Assembly: GCF_004010195.1 (NCBI RefSeq)
Contig: NC_057751.1
Span: 5,511,223-5,575,222 of the forward strand
From: Chiloscyllium plagiosum
Lineage: Eukaryota
Direction of reading: 5' to 3'
DNA length: 64,000 bases
The notes beneath the pieces are model-generated. The model worked only from the letters and a program-made list of their open reading frames with translations, was not told the DNA's origin and did not search any database. Every line of letters begins with the position of its first letter. Position 1 is the first letter of the stretch. Positions 37,264 through 47,744 of this stretch are shown piece by piece. The translations under genes were made by a program, and so were the position numbers.

Positions 37264-39699
37264 TAATGTAGGTGGGGGGAGATGGTTACCTTATCCTATT
37301 TTATCTCTGTTTTTAAGAGCAGGGGTGTTTTCCCCTGTTATTTTGCATTACTATATTTAATTATTATTTGTTGAGACTGTAATTTTATAGTTATATATGT
37401 TCATATATGGTATTAACATCACCAAATATACTCAGGTGTTGGTATGGGTGGGGGTAGGGTGCTCACTGTTAACTCAAGCTCTGTAGTATATTTGAATTTT
37501 CTTTATTTTATCGTAGGGCACCTGAGTCAAGGGTTGGGCACTGGTGGGGAGAGGATATGATGGGCATTTGGAAAGGAAGTGATGCCCTGGGGAACAAGGT
37601 GGAAAATCTCCATTTAAATATGTTTTATATTTTTTCTATTTCAAAATAGTTTTTTATTATATTGATGTGAGTGTATTAAAGAACCTTTATTTTTGTGAAT
37701 TTTATATGTTCTATGCTCGGGATGTTCTGGATAGGGTTTCTTCTTGTGAGGGGTCTTGGACTTGCCTGGACGATTATGGTGAGTTATTCGATTAAATGGT
37801 GCACCTGGAATGTCAAGGGGAGTAATTCACCAAGCAAAAGGAAGAAAATATTATCAAACCTCAAGAAAGAAAGGGTTGATATAGCTCTCCGACAGGAGAC
37901 ACACTTATTGGATAAAGAACACTTGAAATTACGACAGGATGGATTTGATCAGGCCTTTTTTTCTTCCTTCAGCTCAAAAAGTAGGGGAGTTGTTATTCTT
38001 ATTCGGAAGAATTTCCCTTTCAAAATCCTAAATCAGATAAAAGACGAATCTGGACAATATAATCTAATTAAAGCCCTTATAAATGGAGAGGAATATGGGA
38101 TCTTAAATCTGTATTGTCCCCCGGCCCATCCTTTTAAATTTATAATGGAAGCCTTCTCCAAATTGATGGCTCTCGGTGCTCGTCATATAATTATAAGGGG
38201 AGATTTTAACTGTATTATGGATCCGGAAATAGATAGGATTCCCAAGAGTACTGCAGGAGTATTTCCCAGATCTGGACAATTGGTGGATTTGAACAAAGAA
38301 TTTGGACTAGTAGATGTATGGAGATGCCTTCATCCACAGGGCAGAGATTTTTCTTTTTACTCCAATCCACATAAATGCCATGCCAGAATTGATATGTTTT
38401 TTGCCCCCTCGATTTTTAAAAATTCCATATCATCCTGTAAAATAGGCTGTATAGCAATTTCTGATCACACTGCTGTATATATGGAAATCAAGGCGAGGAA
38501 CAATGAGACATGCCCCCGGCATTGGCGTATTGACCCCTTCCTGATGAAAGATAGTAAATTTGTAAAATACTTCTCTCAAGAATTTAAAACTTTTTTAGAA
38601 ATTAATTCAGGTACGGCTGGCAACCCATCAATGACGTGGGAGACCATCAAAGCTTAGGCGCGAGGTTTGATCATTTCATACTCGGCGACCCAGAAAAAAT
38701 TAAAGGGAGATCAACAGCGTCTGCTTGAAGCTCGCTTAAAAGCAGCTGAAACAGCATACACTGACAGACCTTCTATTATCAAATTACAAAGGATTACGAA
38801 CCTTAGGATAGCTCTGAATACCACGCTTACCCAAACAGCTCAGAGGGAAATATTATTTGCAAAACAAAGGTTATATGAATTTGGCGATAAACCTGGTAGA
38901 TACTTCGCATTTCTCGCAAAGATAAAAAAGGCCCCTCATGTCTATCAAGGAAAGTGTGGGTACTCTGACTCATGATCACAAAAGGATTAACGCAATCTTT
39001 AGAAAATTTTATTCTGATTTATATAAATTGCAGGATTGTGAAGATAGAGCTAGGCGGATGCAGTCATTTTTTAAAAACTTAACCTTTCTGGACCTCACCC
39101 TGGATCAGGTATCGGTTCTGAATGTTCCCCTAACAATCCAAGAAATACTTGACGCAATCAGGTAACTTCAGAGCGGTAAGGCGCCTGGCCCAGATGGCTT
39201 TCAAGCTGAATTCTATGAAGAATTTACAGGAATATTGGCTTTGGACATGTATAACTATTCATACAGTCAGGGCTGTCTCCCACCTTTGCTGAAAGAGGCG
39301 AATATCTCCCTTATTTTCAAAAAAGGACCCAGAAGATTGCACGTCATACAGACCAATATCCTTGCTAAATGTATATTTTAAAATCCTTTCTAAAACATTA
39401 GCATTGAGGCGAGAAAGGGTATTGCCATATATCATAAAGGAGGATCAGACGGGGTTTATTAAGGGCCGTAGATCATCCAATAATGTCAGAAGGGTTTTGA
39501 ATGTGATTCAAGCCTGCCATCAGGGAAAGATACCAGGAATAGTAGTCTCATTAGACACAGAAAAGGCATTCAACAGGGTTGAATGGTCATATTTATTCTA
39601 CACATTGGAAAGGTTTGGCGCTGGAAAGGTGTTTACCAAATGGGTCTCAACACTGTTTGTTGCGTTGCACTATATCACTATTCTAAATGGGACAGATAT

Positions 39700-41360
39700 T
39701 GAACAGATCTAGGAACTGAAGCCTGGACATCCATTTGGGGCTGAAATGCAGAATTGTAGTCGAAAACAATCTGCAACCTCAATGCCTGGTGTATTCCCCT
39801 CTTAACCATTACCAAACGAAAGGATCAACCCTGGTTCAATGGAGAGTGCAGAGCGCATGCCAGGAATGGTACCAAGCATACCAAAAATTGAGGTGTCAAC
39901 TTAGTGAAACTACCAAACAGGAGTACTTGCATGCCAAACAGCATAAGCAGCAAGTAATAGACAAATCTTTCTGATAACACAACCAATGGATCATTCTTTA
40001 GCTCTGCACCAAGTCATTGGAGGAGGAGGCTTGACAAATATCCCTATCCTGAATTATGGAGAAGCCCAGCACATCATTGCAAAAGACAAGATTGAAGTAT
40101 TCATAACAACCTTCAGCCAGAAGTCCCCAGTGAATGATTCATTTCAGCATCTTCCACTGGTCACTAGGGTTATAGCTAGTCTATAGTCAATTTGATTCTC
40201 CCTATATAAAATCAAAAAGCAGTTGGAGCACAGGATACTGACATGGCTGTGGGCCCTGATAACATTCTGGCAATAGCACTGAAGATTTGGTATACTCCTA
40301 ACTAAGCTGTTCCAATACAGTTTAACACTAGCATCCATCCAACAATGTGGAAAATTGCCCAGCTATGTCCTGAACACAAAAAGCAGGACAAACCCAATCT
40401 GGCCAATTAACACCAATTATTCAAGTCTCAATCATCTCTTCAGGGGTGTGTCCTCGGCCCAACCATCTACAGCTGCTTCATCAATGACCTTCCCTCCATC
40501 ACAAGGTCAGAAATGGGGAAGTTTGTGTTGCTGCACAACACTTGTGATATTGAAGCAGTCATTTTCAAATGCAGTGAGATCTGGACATTTTCTAGGAAAG
40601 GGCTGACGTGGCAAGTAACATTTGTGCCACACAAATGCCGGGCAAAGACCATCACCAATAAGAGTCAATCTAACCACCACCCCAGTATTCAATGGTGTTA
40701 CAATCGATGAATCCTCCACTATCAATGTCCTGGGGGTTACCATTGACCAAAAATTCAATAGGATTCACCATACAAATGCAGTGGCTACAAGACCAGATCA
40801 GAGGTTAGGAGTACTACATTGAGTAACTCACCTCCTGACTCCTTGAAGCCTCTCTGCCATCTGAAAATCACAAATCAGAAATGTGATGGAATTCTCCCTA
40901 TTTGCCTGAATGGATGCAGCTCCAACAATACTCAAGAAGCTTGACACTATACAGGAAAAAGCTTGATTGGCACCACATTCACTCGCTCCACCATCGATGC
41001 TCAGTAGCAGCAATGTGTACTATCCACAAGATGTGCTGCAAAAATTCACCAAAAGTCCTCAGATAGCATCTTCCAAACCTGCAAACACTTCCATCTTGAA
41101 GGGCAAAGACAGCAGATACATGAGAACCTCACCACCTACAAATTCTGGCCCAAGCCACTCACTACACTGACTTGGAAATACATTGCCATTCTTCACTGTT
41201 GCTGAGTAAAAATCCTGAAATTCCTTCCCTGGGAAGGGCATTCCAGGTGTGCAGCGGTTCGAGAAGGCAGCTCACCACCACACTCTCAATGGAAACCAGT
41301 ATAGTCCACAAACACTGGCCAGCCAGCAATCTTCATGTTCCATGAGTGAATAAAAAAAAA
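39700..41360 (+). mobile_element. Old CR1/L2-like LINE relic ending in an A tail
   Basis: Remnants QGCVLGPTIYSCFINDLPS, WQVTFVPHKC and INVLGVTIDQK; ends ATGAGTGAATAAAAAAAAAA. Confidence 0.7.
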
Positions 41361-41989
41361 AGGTCTACCAAGTTGAAGGTTTATGTATAGATTTCCAATG
41401 ACCTTGTCAAAGTCCTCCATGTCCCACTGTATTGACGACTGCTAAACTGTAATTTGTGTGTGCTGTGACTACTGACTGCTCACGTTACTAAGGACCTGTG
41501 CTGTTTCTGATATTTCCCACACTTTAATTTGAACTGTGACAAATAGGTCATGGTGGTATGAAAGCACAGGGAAATTGAAGTACAAAAAATGTGCCAGCAA
41601 GACTAGAATTGGTAGTGACATCCAGCAGCTGCTGAACAGTCTCCAATATGAAGATGTCACAGTTGAAGTACGACTCAGGAAAAAGAGACGGTACAGGTGG
41701 CCTTGATGAATCAAGAATCACCCTTGATTCCATTTCTTCCATTTGAGCAAGATGAATTGACATTGCAGACTGAGGATGTCACTGTCACAGAACTGTGTCA
41801 TCTGCTGGAGCAGGACTTCAATCTGAAGGGGTGGATGAGTGCGGCTATTCAGATAGCCGTCAAGGTAACTATGAAGCTAGATTTTTAACCAATTGGTGGC
41901 TTCCAATAATCCGCTAGGGGCCTGGGTGGGATCTATCAATCCTCAGTGCACAAATGTATTAAGGTTATTAAAGTTTGGGTGCTCGTTGT

Positions 41990-42683
41990 TGTGGTTCTGT
42001 TCGCTGAGCTGGAAGTTTTTGTTGCAAACGTTTCGTCCCCTGTCTAGGCGACATCATCAGTGCTTGGGAGCCTCCTGCGAAGCGCTTCTTTGTTGTTTCC
42101 TCCGGTGTTTATAGTGGTCTGTCCCTGCCGCTTCCGGTTGTCAGTTTCAGCTGTCCGCTGTAGTGGTTGGTATATTGGGTCGAGGTCGATGTGTTTGTTG
42201 ATGGAGTTTGTGGATGAATGCCATGCCTCTAGGAATTCCCTGGCTGTTCTCTGTCTGGCTTGCCCTATGATAGTAGTGTTGTCCCAGTCGAATTCATGTT
42301 GCTTGTCTGCATCAACTAGCCACGAAACGACACGACCAGCTATCCTTAGTAGCCACACACGCAGACAACAAGCAACATGAATTCGACTGGACAACACTAC
42401 TATCATAGGGCAAGCCAGACAGAGAACAGCCAGGGAATTCCTAGAGGCATGGCATTCATCCACAAACTCCATCAACAAACACATCGACCTGGACCCAATA
42501 TATCAACCACTACAGCGCACAGCTGAAACTGACAACCGGAAGCGGCAGGGACAGACCACTATAAACACCGGAGGAAACATCAAAGAAGCGCTTCGCAGGA
42601 GGCTCCCAAGCACTGATGATGTCGCCTAGCCAGGGGACGAAACGTTTGCAACAAAAACTTCCAGCTCGGCGAACAGAACCACA
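41990..42683. mobile_element. Inverted-repeat Penelope (Poseidon-like) 3' end with a hammerhead in each arm
   Basis: ~320-bp arms; peptide HEFDWDNTTIIGQARQRTAREFLEAWHS..INKHIDLDPIY (GIY-YIG C-terminus); GCA-CTGATGA-T-GTC..GAC-GAAA-CGTT-TGC at 42610-42649 (+) and 42063-42024 (-). Confidence 0.88.
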
Positions 42684-44154
42684 GCAGAGAACATAGAATG
42701 TTATGGCCAATGGGGGTATCTTCCGTCAGCATTATTTATCATTTATTACATGATGAAGTATCGAGAGATATGGACAATCTGCTTAAAACATGGGATCAGG
42801 ATTTGGGGCTGGAAATCTCCATAGACATGTGGAATGACATTTGGGAAAATGCCAGAAAAATTTCCATCTGCAACAGAACCCAGGCCATTCAGTTGAAGAT
42901 ACTTCACAGGCTCCATATGGCACTGGACCGATTGGCAAAATTTAAGGCAGGAGCATCTCCAATGTGTCCCAAATGTAAAACAGAGGTGGGCACTCTTGTA
43001 CACTGCTTATGGACTTATCATAAGATCCGTAAATATTGGACTAAAGTAGCAAATGCCCTGACAGAAATTAGAGTGCATCCAGTATCTTTCCTTTTGGGCT
43101 TTTCAAGCTTACCTTCCCTGGATGTGCACAGGAAGAAATTATTTTCCATTCCCTCTTTCTGTGCAAGGAAAAATATTTTGGTAAACTGGGTGGCTGAGGG
43201 CCCTCCTGGACTTTTGAATTGGCACAGAATAATCATGGAATATATTCCCCTTGACTTCCTTACAAACTTAGTGCACCAAAAAACCGAATTATTCCATAAA
43301 ATATGGCAGCCCTTCTTGAATTATACAGATAGATATTTCGACCATTATATCAAGGGCTTTTATCTCATTGAGACAACGGCCCTGGCTGGTCCGGGGCCCC
43401 TTGGGAGAAGAATCCTGAACAAATACGGGTTCTGTTACGATCTGATGTTAACACATTCCGAGCATGTACTTTACTACTCAATTTCTGTGTTATCCATTGT
43501 TTTTTCTTTTCTTGAATAATGTAAGAGATTTAATCATACACTCTGGTTAGTTGTCGGTTCGATTAGTAGTAGTTGAGTTTTGTCTTTGTTTTTCTTTTCG
43601 GTATCTCTTCTTTTGTTTAATAGATTTTGGCTATTAATTATTTAAGATTTAATTGTATATAAATGTTTATACTTGGGGTTTTTTTTATTTGTAAACTTGT
43701 AAAAACATGTTAAATTTTCAATAAAAATATCGATAAAAAAACATGAATTGTTTCTCTCCAGGTGTTACCAGATCACTGAGTTTCTTCACTAATTTCTACT
43801 TTTGTATAAGTTTTCTTTCTATGTCTCCTGATATTATTGCCCGAGGTGTGAAATAATTTCACAACTGGCTGGGATCCAACTACAATCTTTCAAAGCTGTT
43901 GGTACATAAGTAGGCTAGTTTGCCTAGTTTCAATCCCACAACAGCATCAAAGTACATGGTGCCATCATCTCAAGACGACTACAGGCTGTTCTCTCACCAA
44001 AGAGAGGCATTTGCAGGACAGTCATTTTTCAAACTGTGTTTAAACAACACTTCAATGAACCAAGTGGTGGGTAACTATGGGAACTTTATTGTAAAATGTT
44101 TTTCTCAGATCACATATGGGATAAACCACATGCATTTATGGAATAAAAACTGAT

Positions 44155-46065
44155 AGAACTGCAGATGATGTAAATCATAAATAAAAACAAAAGTTGCAGG
44201 AAGAGCTCAGCAGGTCTGGCAGCATCTATGAAGAGAAATCAAAGTTAACGTTTCGGGTCCAGTGACCCTTCCTCATTACTAATGGTAGCTAGAAAATGTC
44301 AGTTTAAATGCATAATATAGGGTTGGCGGTTGGGGAAGGGATAAGGAGTAAACAATAGGTGGGGAGAGACAAGGGAGTGGATAAGGAGGGTGAGTAGCTG
44401 TTACTGGAGACTGTTAATGGCTAACAATCGGTAGCATGTAATGGCAGACGATGTGATAAAAGGCCTGGTGCATGGGGTAGGATGTTAAGACATGGGAGAG
44501 TTCAGGCCCTAAAATTATTGAACTCGATATTGAGTCTGGACCGCTGCAGGGTCCCCAAGTGGAAAATAAGGTGTTGTTCTTTCAGCTTGTGCTGAGCTTT
44601 GCCGTAGCACTGCAGCAAACCTGAGACGGAGATGTTGACCAGGGAACAGGTTGGTGTGTTAAAGTGGCAAGCAACTGAAAGCTCAGGGTCTTCATTGCGG
44701 GCAGCATGTAGATGTTCTGTGAAATGGCCACCCAGTCTACCCTTTGTTTCCCCAATGTAGGCAAGGCCACATTGTGAGTAGTGAAAACAGTAGATCAGAT
44801 TGTGAGAGGTGGTGGCACAGTGACTCAGTGGTAAGCACTGTTTTGGCAGTTGCAGGGGAGGGTGCCATGGGGGGTTATTGGGAGTGAAGGAAGAGAGTAC
44901 CAGGCTGTCCTGGAAGATGGACAACCGCTAAAGGTGGAATCCCCAATGTGGAAACAGGCCATTCTGTCGCACAATTCCACACCAACCCTTTGAAGGTCAT
45001 CCCATCCACACCCATATCATCCTGAATTTCCCATGGCTAATGCACCTACTCTACGTATCCCTAAACACTACTGGTAATTTAACATGGCCAATCTAACTAA
45101 CTTGCACATCTTTGGATTGTAGGAGAAAACTGGAGCACCTGAAAGATGGACAAGGAAGAGACCGTTCCCTCCAGGACACATTTCCTTCATTCATAACACC
45201 TACGCCCCCCAACCCCACTACCACCACAACACCTTTCCCGGCAACTGCTGAAGGTGTGACATTAGCCCATTTCCCTCCTCAGAATCCAAGGGCCCTAACA
45301 AACCTTCCAGGCGAAGCAGGACTTCTGTACCTGCACTTCTCATAACCCAGTCTATTGGATTCGCTGATCACAATGTGGTCTCCTCTATATTAGGGAAACA
45401 AACGGTCGACTGAGTAACTGATTTGCATGACATCTATGTGCCCCTGCAATACAGACCCTGAACTGACAATTGCCTGCCACTTTAACACACCACCTTGATC
45501 CCTGGCTAACATCTGTCTCAAACCTCCTGCTGGACTCCGGCAAAGTTCAAGTTGGAAGAATAAACCTCATTTTCTTCTTGGGGCCGCTGCAGCCCGCTAC
45601 CCCATACACCAGGCCTTGTTATAGACTGCCAAACACACTTCCTATTGCACTCTCACCTGATGAAGGAGCGATGCTCTGAAAGCTAGTGTGCTTCCAATTA
45701 AACCTATTGGACTATAACCTGGTGTTGTGTGATTTTTAACTTTGTACACCCCAGTCCAACACCAGCATCTCCAAATCATACCTATTGTTAGCTACCAACA
45801 GTCTCCATGAATAGCTATTCATCCTCCTAGCCAGATCGTTAACCACTCCTTTGTCTGTCTAACTGTTCTCTCTCTTTGAGCTCTAGCAGCACCTATTGTT
45901 TACTCCTTACCTCCCCGCTCCCCACCCTATCTTCTGCATACAAACTGACATTTTTCTAGCTACCATCAGTTCTGATGAAGGGTCACCGGACCCAAAACAT
46001 TTACTCTGATTTCTCTTCACCGATGCTGCCAGATCTGCTGAGCTTTACCAGCAACCCCTGTTTAC
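44155..46065. mobile_element. Two diverging PLE GIY-YIG/pLTR 3' ends with nested SINE and mini-element
   Basis: Minus NLIYCFHYSQCGLAYIGETKGRL (44502-44810) and a degenerate plus copy (45300-45600); pLTRs with decayed hammerheads at 44245-44280 (-) and 45968-46005 (+). Confidence 0.8.
45654..45688 (+). ncRNA. Minimal hammerhead ribozyme motif (family C) in a 133-bp insertion (45648-45780)
   Basis: CAC-CTGATGA-A-GGAGC-GAT-GCTCT-GAAA-GCTA-GTG; palindromic AGCT stem III; TSD CCTATTG at 45641-45647 and 45781-45787. Confidence 0.7.
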
Positions 46066-46564
46066 GTTTATGTAACACCTTCGCAAAAGGCATCAATCCT
46101 AAACAATTATTGCATACCACTAAATCTGAACTGCAGTCAGGTTTTCAGAAAACAATTTTCCCCAGCTTAAGTTCCCTCAGACAGCCACTTCATTCAAAAA
46201 CAGAAATTGCTGGAGAAACTCAACATGTCTGGCCGCACCTGTAGAGAAAAAAAGTCAACACATCTGTTTCAGTGACACTATATCACAGAAATGTTAACTC
46301 TGCTTTCTCTCAAGCAATGCTGGCAGATCTTCTGATGTTTCTGCAGGACCTTCCGGTTTTGTTTTAGGTTTCCAGCGTATGCATTTGTCGGTTTTATTAC
46401 AAACAGTTGATTCATCTGTTGTGTGTGTGTGTAGCTGATGGTGCAGAAAGGGCACAGTCAGTGACAGCAGCCTGGTCTTCTATTTATGCCTTGGGAACAT
46501 TTTGATTCATGCCCCAGCCACACAAAAAGGGAACACTCAAGCTTAGTTTTCTCTCTGATCCAAG

Positions 46565-47484
46565 ATTTTGGGAAAGCAAATCTGAGCAGGATGTAAACAC
46601 TTAATGGGTAAGGTCCTAAAGAGTGTTACTAAACAAAGAGGCCTTGGACAGCAGGTTCATAGCTCCTTGAAAGTAGGAGTCACAGGAAGATAAGATAGAG
46701 AAGGCGGCATTTGGTATGCTTTCCTTTATTGGTCAGAGCACCGAGTACAGGAGTTCGGAGGTCATGTTGCGGCTGTACAAGACATTGGTTTGGCCACCTT
46801 TGGAATATTGCGTGCAATTCTGGTTTCCTTCCTATTGGAAGGATGTTGTGAAACTTCAAAGGGTTCAGAAAAGATTTACAAAAATGTTGCCAGGGTTGGA
46901 GGATTTGAACTATAGGGAGAGGTTGAATAGGCTGGGGCTGTTTGCCCTGGAGTGTCAGAGGCTGAGGCGTGACCTTATCGAGGTTTATAAAATCATTGGA
47001 GCATGGATAGGATAAAGAGACAAAGTCTCTTCCCTGGTTTGGGAGAGTCCAGAACTAGAGGGCATAGGTTTAGGAGAGGGGATTCCTGAAGAAGGGCCTG
47101 TGCCCGAAACGTCGAATCTCCTGTTCCCTGGATGCTGCCTGACCTGCTGTGCTGTTCCAGCAATAAAGTTTCAACTTTGATCTCCAGCATCTGCAGACCT
47201 CACTTTCTCCTTAGGAGAGGGGAAAGATATTAAAGAATTCTAGGGGGCAACTTTTTCACGTAGAGGATGGTGAGTGTGTGGAATGGGCTGCCAGAGCAAG
47301 TGGTGGAGGTTAGTAAAATTACAACATTTAAAAGGCATCTGGATGGGTATATGAATAGGAAGGGTTTGGAGCGATATGGGCCCGGTGCTGGCAAGTGGGA
47401 CTAGATTGGGGTAGGATATCTAGTCAGCATGGATGAGTTGGACTGAAGGGGCTGTTTCCATGCAGTACATCTCTATGACTCTCT
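46565..47484 (+). mobile_element. CR1 3' fragment
   Basis: EVMLRLYKTLVWPPLEYCVQFW..RVQKRFTKMLPGL..DLIEVYKI and a typical 3' UTR. Confidence 0.9.
47081..47118 (+). ncRNA. Minimal hammerhead ribozyme motif (family A), best-preserved copy, in a 128-bp insertion (47083-47210)
   Basis: GATTC-CTGAAGA-A-GGGC-CTGT-GCCC-GAAA-CGTC-GAATC: stem I 5 bp, stem II 4 bp, ACGT palindrome, GUC triplet (predicted cut after 47113); 13-bp TSD TTAGGAGAGGGGA at 47070-47082 and 47211-47223. Confidence 0.78.
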
Positions 47485-47744
47485 GACATGAACTGGGCAG
47501 CACTTTCCAATCATTACATGTCAGCAGATGAGATGACATGTTCAAGCTCAGGAATGGAAGTTTAGCATTCTAATTTCAAGATAGCAGTGACATTAAGTGA
47601 CCAAGGCTGGCAATCATCATGCATAAAACATCAATAACAGAATATATTTGCGTGAAAGTTAGTGACCGATGAATCATTCTCTCAAACCATGCAATCATTA
47701 GTTGTAGCGGGCATTGAAAGAAACAACTTGCCATATCCACCAAA

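Larger units (their letters stand above)
35020..43740 (+). mobile_element. L1-clade LINE with both ends present, decayed, with nested insertions and a missing RT core
   Basis: 5' GGGAGATCCAAGATGGCGG; ORF1 from ATG 35175 (RKNISFLGLPE, RPRPVLFRL); ORF2 from ATG 37776 (TWNVKG, QETH, GDFN, RID, SDH; GKAPGPDG, DQTGFIKGR, SLDTEKAFNRVEW); C-terminus CPKC..HCLW at 42698-43350; AATAAA plus A tail; 11-bp TSD AAACATGAATT at 35009-35019 and 43739-43749. Confidence 0.92.
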
